A stretch of DNA of 64,000 nucleotides from Phyllosticta citribraziliensis (taxonomy: Eukaryota): assembly GCF_038025025.1 (NCBI RefSeq), contig NW_027117343.1, positions 186,001-250,000 on the forward strand, given 5' to 3'. The notes beneath the pieces were generated by a model. That model did no database searches. It had not been told where the DNA came from and saw only the letters and a program-made list of their open reading frames with translations. Every line of letters starts with the position of its first letter. Within the stretch, counting starts at the first letter, position 1. The position numbers and the translations under genes are program-made. Shown in pieces: positions 39,431 through 50,833 of the stretch.

Positions 39431-41737
39431 TTAGCAAGGGACCTCTGTGGTAACGTTGACAGCTTTAGCTTTGCTCTTCTTCTTCTTGCTAGAAGACTTG
39501 CCTTTCTGATTGCCTGACGGCATAGGGACGCTTTGGCTGCCCTTTCCAAAGAGCAACTCGTAAGCTTCCTTCTGAGATTGAGTGGATGACACGGAGTTGC
39601 TCCTCTTGCTCTTTCCCGAGGGCTTGTCGCCAGAGGACTGGCCCTGCAAGCAGCTGGGCAGCGCAGGTGTACTTTCAGGGCCTGTTGCGGGCCGAGGTGT
39701 GCCAGAGAATAGGCCAGTCGTGCGGTTGGGTGCTGCGATGGTGCCTCCAAAGCTAGATCCGAGGACCAAGCCAGAAGTTGATTGACCCTGTGGGTTGGTT
39801 GATGCCGTGGGGTCACTCCCAAAGGGCACCCCGAAGGGCGAAGAAGATTGGCCTTGGGTGCTGGTCGACGCCTCGGGTGCACTTCCAAACCTCGTTCCGA
39901 AGAGTGGTTTGGAAGAAGATTGGGGTTGCGTGCTGGTTGATGCCGTAGGGTCACTTCCAAAGGGCACCCCGAAGGGCGAAGAAGATCGGCCTTGGGTGCT
40001 GGTCGACGCCTTGGGTGCACTTCCAAATCTCGTTCCGAAGAGTGGTTTGGAAGAAGATTGGGCTTGCGTGCTGGTCGACGTCGTGGGGGCACTTCCAATT
40101 CCCGCTCCGAAGAGCGACTTGGAGGAAGATTGGCCTTGCGTGCCGGTCGATGCCGTGGGGGCATTTCCAAATCTCGTTCCGAAGAGCGGTTTGGGAGAGG
40201 ATTGGCTCTGCGTGTTGGTCAATGTCGTGGGGGCGCTTCCAAAACTCGCTCCGAAAGGCGCTTCGGAGGGAAATTGGACCTGTGAATTGGTGGGTGCCGT
40301 GACACAACTTGGGAGCCCGATTCCAAAGAGCATTGATCCCGACCGAGAAGAATAATCGGACAACCTGATCTCTTCTCGAGAGAATCCTTGATAGCTAGTT
40401 TGGAACTCAATGTCCTCGAAATGAGACATGACATCTTTCCCAAACGTGTCCTTTTCTTTCTCAGTGTGCGGTATGAAGTTAAAATCCCGACTGAATGCGC
40501 CAAGTTTGCTCCTTGGAGCGAAAGTCAACCCAGGTACGTTGACGTGTCCAAGCACTGATATGGACTTTGGAGCGGTTGCAGGCTGCGAGACAGCAGTGGG
40601 GTTCGGGTTGGTCATTGGAAGGCTACCGATGGAAGGTGGGTGACTCTGTGAAGGCCTAGGAGCATGAGAAGTAGTCGTGGCCGCCATTTTTCCAGTGCTG
40701 TCATGTGTGCTTTGGATGGGCGGCGGTGCCGGAAAAGTTGAATTCGAAGCGCTTGCGCCGTGGCTATTGAAAATATCGCGCGTGGGTACTTGAGCCTTCC
40801 GTTTTTCTTGGCCACCAGATGTTGAAATGCCTTCGCTGACTTTCCCAATACCGCCTGCGCGTTTTCCTGAGCGGTGGACATCCCTGGTGCATCTACAGCG
40901 GAGGCGCGCGTGTTGGAGTGGGCGGAAGCACCATGACTGGGTCCTTTGATGGCCAAAGGTATAGATACATCCGAGGCGGAGGCCGCGCTCTTGGGCGTAG
41001 TGAGGGCCGTGGAGGGCGGCAGCGTGCTCACCAGCGCCCGAACGAGATCGTTGCCGAAGCACCCAACGGCGTCCATCGCTTCGCTGAATTCTCCTATTTC
41101 CAGCAACTCATGTATTTTCCCCGTGCAGAGCTCGACGATGAGATGACGCAATCCACTATCACTCGCCACGTCCATCTCGTAGATGGCCTTGATCGCAAGG
41201 TCCATGCGCAAGTCTTTGACAGTCGCCGCGTTTTCGAATACAATCTTGGCCCGATCGATCGCTTGGTCTCGGAGGCCCTTGACACCATAGGCCTCTCCAA
41301 TGGCACAGACCTTGATGTGGAAGAGGAAGAGGGCTCCTTTGTCGTTGTCGCGGGGAACGTCGTATTCGAATCGGTAGAGGTACTCCAGGAGAGCCCTCAC
41401 AGCGGCGGGTTCGTCCTTGTCGAGTCTAATCCTGTTAGAATACGGATCCTGCGTAATACGTTAGGCGCGACAGAAATGCTTCACGTGGACCGGTGGTACC
41501 GAGAAGTTGTTGCGAGGATCGACAGCGCTCTTAAAGAATGCGCTCTGCGAGCACAAGACCATCTTGTGCACATTGTAAAAGCTCCCGTCACTGCAGTGGA
41601 GTTGAAGATCTGCATACAGCCCTGACTCTAGCATCCTTTTGAAGTCAGCGAGACAGATCTGGCAGATGGCGTGCAAGGAATGGGGCTTACTCTCTGAGGC
41701 CAGCTTTGAGCGGGCCAAGCGCCGTGTCCTCTGCCAT
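39431..41737 (-). CDS. BTB/POZ protein fused to a Nup98-like GLEBS motif and FG repeats (locus 13)
   Basis: MAEDTALGPLKAGLRE | MLESGLYADLQLHCSDGSFYNVHKMVLCSQSAFF | ..VRALLEYLYRFEY... A frame change near 40840-40764 is repaired by a candidate 77-nt GTCAGC..AATAG intron. Then FIPHTEKEK..SHFEDIEFQTSYQGFSREEIRLSDY, LFG/PFG/RFG repeats and a basic tail KKKKSKAK. Confidence 0.7.
39780..40300 (-). repeat. Coding tandem repeat (66/72-bp units, 138-bp higher-order duplication) encoding FG repeats
   Basis: GATGCCGTRGGGTCACTYCCAAAGGGCACC recurs at 39801 and 39939. Units encode STQxQSSSKPLFGTRFGSAP..AST and STQGxSSSPFGVPFGSDPTAST. Confidence 0.9.
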
Positions 41738-42594
41738 AGCGAACGGTGCTCAGGTTTCCGGCGACGAAAAGCGTCAGAAAGCGGTGGAACGGTTTTTTTC
41801 TTTTGCGAGGAATGCTCGAAGGTAGTTGCTGCAGGAAGGCTGGAGAAGATGATGGGTGTGAGCGGAATGTCGACGTGGAGGACAGCGGCACGTTGCGGAA
41901 CAATGCCAGTGCCCGATTCGCGTCGGCTCCCGCGTTAATCCCAGACGCGAGGTCAGCTGATCGCTTGGAAAGCTGGACCTGGAGGTAATTCATTACACCG
42001 GCGCGACTGTATCCGCAAGCTGATGAGTATTCCTCATCATTTCTATCTTCCAGCAATTTTTAGTTTATCTGGTAAGTAGCCTCTGAAGCGCATGTGCTCT
42101 GATGCATTGTGGCTTCTCGTCAGGAAAGTGCTGGCCGTCTTGATGATATCTGGGGGAATCCTGGGCCCTCCAATGAACAGCACCCAGCGCATCTCCTCCA
42201 ACAAATCTTGCTTACCTCCAGAAAGTCGCGACTTGTTCTGTGAGGCCGCCTCTCAAGATTGAAGTTTTGAGCTATACGGAGAGGTACGGTTCATCGACTC
42301 GCCAGGGCTCCACGGTATATGGCACGTGCGACACAGTCAAAGCTACCAGCTGGCCCATTATGAGGAACCATGGAGGCGGAAAGCATGTTGCGCAGCGTGT
42401 GCAGAAAAACTTGAATGATTTGAAAGCGCAGAAACGTGCCCTGGTGACGAGAGGAGGTCGAGTCGGCAGCGGAGGTGCCATTCCCAATTGGGAACCATAA
42501 GCGAGCTCAAGGGGCAGACCTCACTGAAAACCGACACCCCTGACGACATTTTGATCCTGTAACTAATTTGAATCATTATTTACAGGCCTATACA

Positions 42595-44394
42595 TTAATC
42601 AGTCATGAAATCCTTCAGAAATTCGTTGCGAGCGATCCAACTGCGATTCCTTTTGCCATAAATCCAAAGAGGGATCGTTAGGAGGCAGACAGCTAGGAAA
42701 CATGACCCTAGGACGTTAAATACCGACAAAACACCCGAAGTTTTTATCCAAGCATTCACGAAGAAGGTTAGTCCGAACGTTAAGAAGTTCCGAGCATTGA
42801 TAGCGACGAATGCTTCCTCTGCGAGGTTGGGGAACGAGTCCAGGATATATCCGAAAACGCATACTCCGGCAAACGCTAGCGTGGCATTGGCGATTCCGTA
42901 TGTCAACACCGGACCAGCCCAGTGTGTTTGATCATGGAAAGTAATTCCGAAGCCATAGAATCCGATGCATCCTATAAAAACCACCACAAGCATGAGCGGA
43001 AGTCGAAACTCGGGCTCGTACACTCCGTGGTTGCGATGCGCCAATTTCAAGCATATCCAGTCGTTCAAGGGGCCGGATATGACTTCCGAGATGAGAACCA
43101 GGATAAATGGAGAAAGACCCGTAAGTCCAACGTGTGAGACGGAGAAGTTGTACGGTGGCTGCACAAACAATACTCCGTTGACGACGGAAAAGACCACAAT
43201 CCAGGTCAAAGTGGTGCCGTAAATGAGGAAGCCCCAGATGACCGCCGGGTAGTAGAAGAACATTACGACCGGTCGGCTGAAGACCTTCCAAACTGGTGCC
43301 CGGGAGTATCTCTGTCCGGTCCAAGGGAGGACAGTGCGCCAGTATGACATCTTGGGCTCGGCTGATCCAGGGAACTCTACGGCCAGCTCCTCCGTGTGCT
43401 CTGGCAGAGCGCCTTTTTTTGTGCCGAGATCCTCGTCGCTGTTGTATTTTTCTTCCCTGGCAATGGCGTTCAAGTTGACACGCGGCCTGTTGTAGGACGT
43501 TTCCGGAACGAAGAAGACGATGCCGATCAAGGATGCTCCGAAGAGGATTCCACACACACCAAAAGTCCAATGCCAACCTAGGTACTCTATGATGTACCCT
43601 GAAATGAAGGACGCGCCGCAGATACCGCAGGTCAGGAACAAATTCCAAACGGCGATTCGAGTTGCGCGCTCGTGGACGAAGTACATGTCTCCGATGGTTG
43701 CTTGCACCAACACCTCATATGGAGCCATGCCTATCGCTATCAGTGAAGCCCTGGAGATTATATCCAGTCAGTAACTCACCTATTCCACCGATGATTCGGC
43801 TTCCGAGGAATGAATTGTATGTTTGAGCTTCGGCGCCCCAGATGGAAACAATCACAAGAAGCACAATGGTCAGCAAGTACATTGGCCTCTTCCCGAAGAG
43901 CTTGGCGAAAGGATTTATCAGAAAGACGCAAAGTCCGAGTGTCAGAATGACCCAAGCCGTGGCTTGCGAGAGCGTGTCGACGGAAACACCCAGCTCTTTC
44001 GAGATCGGCACGAATCCAGGTCCAAGCATTGGGCCATACGCTCCGACCACCGCGGAGGCGAAGCCAACGATGAGGAGGATGGCATCCTTTTTCCAGGTGG
44101 GCCACTTTGCACGCGATCAGTTTAAGGAGCATTCGTGGGCAGACACAATACTTACGTTGAGGGGGTCGTTGGGAGAGTCTGAAGGCTGTGGGACCAACAG
44201 AATGTGCGAGTATTTTCCCTTTCCGTGCTTGAGACGCTCAGCTGGAACATCTTGAAGTTCAGGCGGCAAGTCCCCCTGATCTCTCATCGCCGCTGTCACG
44301 ACCAGTCAGCGCTGCTTTCTCAACTGGCGAGCGGCAACGAACCCGTCCCCGGCACAACCTCCATCTTGTGGTCTTCAAGAATCCCGAAAGGCAT
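42595..44394 (-). CDS. MFS transporter (DHA1/HOL1-like), multi-exon
   Basis: MPFGILEDHKMEVVPGT.., ILLVPQPSDSPNDPLN, FGKRP, IGDMYFVHER, VPETSY and EPEFRL motifs; many hydrophobic helices. Confidence 0.92.
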
Positions 44395-45041
44395 ATTGAC
44401 GATTGACAGGTGAAATTCTGGTGATGCAAACACAGACTGTGTCTCGAAGGGAGCAGACTTTCTTTTTCAAAGACCGTCCCCGCCAGCGGCACTTGAACTA
44501 GCTCCTTGCCGTTTCCCACTCGCTGCAGACTGCTCATCATTTCATGGCACCAGATGTATGGTGGCAGACCAAGCCCGAAGTGCGGAGACCCTGGCAAAAC
44601 ATGGTACAGCTCAAAATGTGGGGAAGCTTAACTGGCCGGACAAGGATCAGCCGCCCACTCCTCAGGTCCACTCTTCCCATTGCCAGATTGACTCGCGGCC
44701 GCAGGCTCTTCGGCAAGAACCGTGACCAAAATAATGCCTAAATTGTGTCTGCACGACGCGACCTTGATGCGATTGGGCAAAGCGGGACGAAGCGTCCAGG
44801 TGACCGGCAACACTTGACGCAGCCGCGTCGTCTCGATACACGGTTCGCGAAGCAACGAATCTTTCAAACTTGCGAAGCTTATACTGACTTTTTGGCAGAC
44901 TCTGCTGACCAACCGCATGCTTTGCGGAGCAATGGTGATGTCAAGCAGCGCGGACCCACGGCCGTCCGTCAAAATGGATAACGTCCACATTTGATTACTC
45001 GATTTGAATCTACATCTGGTCCGAATCCAATCACGACGCAC

Positions 45042-46432
45042 TTACAAAGACGCTTTGACTTCCTTGAAATCCCTTCGAATCGAAGCCACTGTCTTCGGGT
45101 ACACTTCGTACGCGTGAGTTACGGCATCATGAGCAAGCAGCCATCCTTCACGAGGCAACTTGATGGCTTCAGGATTAGCCTTGATGGCTTCAAAGTCTGC
45201 CTTGTGCCACTTGTCGCGCGTCGTGAAGCCCGTCTGTTGCGCTGCTCTAACGCGATCATACCGAATGCGCTCATAGGCAAGAAGTGCCTCCTGGACGTTA
45301 CTCTTCCCGCTCAGTTCGAGACAGATGGCGACAGTAACACCGTCCTCCATTGCCTGGCTTGCGCCCTGGATGCTAGTCGGTAGGAATGGATGCGCCTAGG
45401 AATGATCAGCCTCAGGGAAAGTTTGAGAATTAGAAGTGATGTTCTTACCGAGTCTCCCAAGAGCGCGATTCTTCGCCTCGGGGACACCCATTTGGGCAAC
45501 GCGTCGCGGTAAACAAGCTTCCAGTCAACCAGGCGATCAGGAGGGGTTGCTTTCACCAATGCATGAACGACTGGAGACCAGCCATCGAGGGTCTTGATGA
45601 CATCCTCAATCTTCCCCGGTGTCGACCAACTTTCTTCAATGTCCGCCTCATCCTGCAACACTGTTAGCCAGCCATACAAAGAGCTTTCAGCAACACGACT
45701 TACAATGTGAGTGCAAACCCAACTCATCTCCTTGCCACCCTTGGTGGAAGCAGCGAGGAAGTGAATGTCTGGGCCTAGGAACCCAGTGTGGGTGTCGCCG
45801 TTGACCACAAGGGGAGCAGTGAGTGGATTCTTGGCTAGTTCCTCTGAGCTGAACCAGGTTCTCCAAACGGCGTATCCAGACGACTTTGGCTTGTCCTCGT
45901 ATCCGAGAACTGCAAGCCTCGCGGTGGAACGAACGCCATCGGCGGCCAGAACAACGTCCGCAACAAACCGCTCTCCGTTGCAGACTACGCCCGCTTCGCG
46001 ATCAGACTCAAAATATTCTTCCACTTTCATCCCGAGCTTGATCTCGACTCCGACGCTCTTTGCGTGATCCCAGACAATCTTGTGGATCTCCGCTCGGTGC
46101 CCGTTGAACTTCTTTCCATTGTTCTTCTCGAATTCTTTCTCGTCCAACTCCCAGATCTGGTCGAAGAGCAACTCACCGTCCCATTTGTACAGCGTGAGAC
46201 GATCCGTGTTCTGGCAAATTGCGGTTAATTGTTCCTCGACGCCGGGCCAGCGCCTGAAAATGCGGCCTGCATTGTGGCCAAAACTGATGATATCGCCGAG
46301 TGGTTTGAGCTCGCTGAACGCTTCGAGCAGCAGGACTTCGTGGCCGTGTGCGATGCACTCAATGGCTGCCGTAAGTCCAGCAAAACCAGCGCCGATGATG
46401 ATGACTTTGATGCCGGAAGGTTCTGGCGCCAT
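45042..46432 (-). CDS. FAD-dependent monooxygenase (salicylate-hydroxylase/MAK1-like), 3 exons
   Basis: GAGFAG dinucleotide-binding motif, ADGVRS (DG motif) and LLGDS|AHPFLPTSIQGASQAMEDG (GD motif across an intron). Confidence 0.93.
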
Positions 46433-47058
46433 TTCGACCGTGAATTGAAGAAAAAAGATGGAGAGACTTGAACGTCGGAATCAACAAGAGGGCCCCGAGT
46501 ACCTTTTTCTCTGCGCGTCCGCCTTGCTAAGGCTGATGACCTGCAGGCCGAACCCGAACGTGGACTCGAGACGGGATAGCCGATAGTCAATCACCGGCAG
46601 CCGCCGACCTCGATGCTTACCAATGCTGGGATAAGCAGATGGGGGATCTTCAATGCAGTTTGCCTCCTCTCTGTGAGGCTTTTCCCCACAATAGCTAACT
46701 TCATGACGTTGGTTAAAATCTGGGGTAAGTGTGGAGAGGGAAACAGGGGTACCCCACACAGCATCCCTGCTCGTGACGGGAGCGAGCGCTTCGATCTGGG
46801 CATCATCTCGACCCCACATCTTCTTCTGTCGTCGCGCGCGACTCCACCGAATCAGCAAATCAACACTCTCAGTCGGGGCATCATCACCGAAACGTTTAGA
46901 GAGTTGTTCCAAGCACGAACCACAGAGCCCGTTGGGTCTCGAAACAGGATCCCGGCGCTTGTCGGAGCACCACCACCATCCAGCTGTCCAATAGAGTCTT
47001 TGCCTCTTCAAACATCTATCGCCGTCCAGCCGTCTTCTTTGTGGCTTACGCTGCTCCA

Positions 47059-48656
47059 ATGGCTGTTGCGGAATTTCTCACGCTCGAATTTTCGTATCTC
47101 GCGTTTTCTATCCTCGTACTCCTGGCCGTCCCTTTGCTGACAGTGCTTCATGACTTTCTCATCTGGCAACGCATGCCCCCGGGGCCACTCCCACTCCCCT
47201 TCATAGGGAACAAGCACCAAATCCGGCGGTCGAAACCATGGCTGCAGTTCGAGGAGTGGTCGCACAAGTACGGGCCCATCTTCACGGTTTGGATCGGCCG
47301 CCAACCGCAACTGGTCGTCAGCGACGCCGAGATTGCCTCTGAGCTGTTGGAAAAGCGCAGCTCCATATTTTCAAATCGACCGCGGATGGTGGTGCTCTCC
47401 GAGATATTCTGGAATGGCGCTGGCATTGTCACGTCGCCGTACAGCAAGGAGTTGGTCCTGCGGCGCAGATTGCTACATCAGGCAATGACAGCGAAAGCGC
47501 TGGAATCGTACAAATCGGCGCAGACGGCGGAGGCGAGCCGGATGTGTGGAAACTTGCTGCGCCAGCCCGACGACTGGGAGAGGCTGTTTGAGTGGTTTGT
47601 TGGCAGCACCACTTTCTCCATCGCGTATGGACATCGCGTCGACAGTCTGGATGCCCGCGTCGCAACGTGCCGGGCAAATACCTCGTCGAGACTCTTCCCA
47701 TCTTGAAGCACCTGCCGGATGCGCTCGCCCCGTGGAAGCGAGAGATCAAAGAGAACGGCAAACGCTTCGTTGGTTTCGCCATTCGGCGGCTGGAGACCGT
47801 GGAGAAAGAGCTGGCCCAGGACAAACAATCAGGATCTATTCCGCCCAGCTTGACCAAACACCTCATCGAACGCCGCGAAGCGCAGCCTGACCTTCCTCTC
47901 TCCCGGACCAACTTTGCCTTTATCCCTGCAGCGCTTTTCGGTGGCGGCACAGATACCACGGTCGGCATGCTTTGCACTGTGGTCCTCGCGCTTGTCACGA
48001 ATCCTTCAGTGCAGCGCATCGCGCAAGCCGAGATCGACGCCATGGTGGGCTCTTCGCGCTCCCCGACCTTTGACGATTATCCAAACCTGCCATACACGCG
48101 CGCCCTGATCCACGAAGCGCTGCGCTGGCGGCCCGTTTCCGTCCTCGGCGGCGCACCGCATGCCAGCACTGCACCAAGTTCCTTTGGTCCCTGGCATATC
48201 CCGCGCGGCACGCCCGTCATCGGCAACGTGTGGGCCATCAACAACAACGAGGCGTACTTTCCAGACCCGCAGCGCTTCGACCCGACTCGCTTCCTGCCAG
48301 AGACGATGGCGCTTCGACATTCCGGTGATTCAAAGGCGCGCGCTGAGCTGGGGAAACCACATACTTCGACCGCGCATGGACACTCCGCTTTTGGCTGGGG
48401 CCGTCGCATCTGTCCCGGCTCCGAATTGGCGCTGAATACGCTCTTCATCGGTGTGGCAAAGATGTTGTGGGCTTTTGACGTGTTTCCAAGGGAGGGCCAC
48501 AGCTACGACACTATGGCATACACCGACGGCTTCAACATGAGGCCACGGCGCTTCGAGTGCGACATCGAGGTCCGCAGCGAGAAGCACAGGGAGGTGTTGC
48601 TGGCCGAAGAGCAGGAAGCGTGGGAGGTGTTGACGCAGTTCCCGGCCTTTGACTGA
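47059..48656 (+). pseudogene. Cytochrome P450 with a frameshift near 47660 (pseudogene or assembly error)
   Basis: N-terminal TM helix, PPGPLPLPFIGN, GGTDTT I-helix, EALRWRP, FDPTRF and heme motif FGWGRRICPG. The frame switches between GHRVDSLDARV and NVPGKYLVETLP with no plausible intron. Confidence 0.8.
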
Positions 48657-49876
48657 GTCCCTGTTTCAATGGGGTAAAATTTGGACCGGCGGTAGACCAC
48701 AATTGAAGTTTTTGGACTTTTGAATTTCGGGCGCTGTAGAGGCGGCGGCGGCGACGATGGTGAGAGAAGTTATCCGGTGTCTCCGCTCGATCAAATTGCA
48801 AACGGGCACAAAACCTTCCAGAAGTTGTTTCCTCCCACTCTGGCCTCAAACGCTTCATCCCTTAGAAAGAAACATAAATGCAGATGCCATGGATCCATCT
48901 TTACAACATCAAGCGCTTTGGATTCTCGATCGTGAGGAGTTGCATAGCAAAGTGTCGATCCGGAGAGTTCGAAGGGCCGAGGCCAATGAGGCGACAGGCT
49001 GGAAGAGCGCTCCGACGCACTGAGTTGCTTCAGAAGGACAGATGAGAGAGTTCATGCACCAACGCGTCTTGTCGTGACAAGTGAGGTCGTTGAGCCGCTC
49101 GGAACAAGTTGAAAGCCCGAGCGGCTCCGACAGGGATCCCGACTTCTCCCGCGCCCGTCCCCGCCGCATCCTCCTCTCCCCATCTCTGCCTTCGGCCTCC
49201 TCCGACCGCGACAGCTAATCATTCATTCGGCCAACGAGGCACGAGGCATTGCAAGCATTGCCCACTTTGCTGGAAGAAGCCGACCGCTCACGCCCACAGC
49301 TTTCGGCCCCGACAGAAGCGTCGCTGCTCGGAAAAGCCGGTCGCGTCATGATGAGCAGGGGAACGAACGGCGGTAGAAACTTCTCCAAGTCGCGCTTCTC
49401 CCTACGGAGAACCCCGAGCGATGAAAACAGAAGCGATCAGAGGCTCGTTGCCAATCCTTCCTCGCGGAAAAGAGATGAGTCAGATGGTGTTGGGGGCAGT
49501 AGGTCTGCTTTGGTCGAAAGGGCTGAGCAGTGGTGTGACGGTCACCAGCTGCGAGAGCTGCCCTTTCGCTTGCTCCCAAATCCTTTTCCCAAACGGGCAA
49601 CTATTGAATAGCTCAGCCAGTTTCTTCATGTAGCCCTCACGAGACCGTCAGGCGCAACGGTTCAAACGGTTTGGACACATGACGATGCTCGAGTCCCTTT
49701 CTTCAACGTCTTCTCCTTATAAAATGTCGTGTCGCGGATGGATGATGCCGCATCTCAGGCTCAATCACACAAGTCGCAGCAACAAACACTCCACTCAATC
49801 TTCCTTCTTGTCGATATTACATCCACCTTGACTTACCTTTTACTTGTGCATTCACATCACCACTCCATCCACCGTA

Positions 49877-50301
49877 ATGTTTTCAACGCGATCTTCGCTT
49901 GGCGCAAAGCCCTTGTCCGGCCTCCTCAAGGCACGGCCAGCGGCCAGAATGTTCCACCAAGGTCAAACAATGCGGATACAGCCCACCGCAAGAGCAATGA
50001 GGCAAATGACTGTAAGCGCAATCTTCCAGAAAGCCCATCATGCCAGAAACTCATTGTTTGTTCAGGTGGAAGGACAAAAAGCACACACGGCATCCCAGCG
50101 TCTTCGGGCAATAGGAAGAAACATCCCAGTCGAAATTTACCCTCTGATTGCCGTCATGGTGTAGGTATCCTTGCTCCTGCTTTCCTGAGCTCACGCAGCT
50201 GACATGCGCGAAGCTGCTCTCTTTCTTTCGGGGTCTACTCTTTCATTCGGCCGGCGTACCAAGACCCCACGCTGCGCCTTCATCGCCGCGGCCACAACTG
50301 A
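49877..50301 (+). CDS. Small mitochondrial MLRQ-subunit (NDUFA4/B12D-like) protein, 3 exons
   Basis: Arg/Ser-rich presequence MFSTRSSLGAKPL.. | VEGQKAHTASQRLRAIGRNIPVEIYPLIAVMV | CSLSFGVYSFIRPAYQDPTLRLHRRGHN*. The IPxExxPL-TM-DxTLRL pattern is recalled from fungal MLRQ-family proteins. Confidence 0.7.
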
Positions 50302-50833
50302 GCTCGCGGGCAGTTTCTCGTTCGGCAGGGTCGGAGTTTGCGATTTGGGCGCTTCGGCAGGGCAAATGTGCCGGGCTCTTGGAGGAGTCCTTCGATTGTT
50401 CATATTCCTGGCTTCAAAAATACATCAGTTAATTGCACCTTTTCGTTTGGGGCTAGATACCTGAGCTCACCGTAGGACTGACGAATGCGCCTGATTGTAG
50501 CAAAAAGAGGCTCGTAGAGGGCGTCGAAGTGTTTGCTCCCAAACGATGGGCAGGGACGGCGAAGGGACGGCGAAGTTGGCCGCACTAGCTGGTCTTCGGA
50601 GCCGTTTTGTGCGCTGAGTCGCTGCAAGCATGTCGCTGCAAGCATGTCGCTGAGCCGACAGCTGGGTCCAGTCCTGGGCGGTCTCGGTGGCAGTCTTGTT
50701 GTGCCGGTGGTCGTGCCGTGGCGGCGGCAGTCGCGCTGTAGGTGGCGCCTTGGAAAGGTTCGCGTCAAAATCTCGTTGCGCCCACGCTCCATCTTCACAC
50801 AACCTCCTTCGCCCCACAGTAACGACCGCTGCC

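Noticed and set aside
39780..40300. Regularly spaced repeats as a CRISPR-like array
   Set aside because: Units are multiples of 3 and encode FG repeats. There are no unique spacers or cas genes, and the context is eukaryotic.
39431..40500. Bona fide Nup98/Nup116 gene
   Set aside because: No GLFG-rich N-terminus, autoprotease domain or Nup96 moiety; the segment is short and lies downstream of BTB exons.
50618..50652. 14-bp tandem duplication GCTGCAAGCATGTC upstream of locus 14
   Set aside because: Ordinary slippage-type duplication, like those at ~1106 and ~9505; no further structure.
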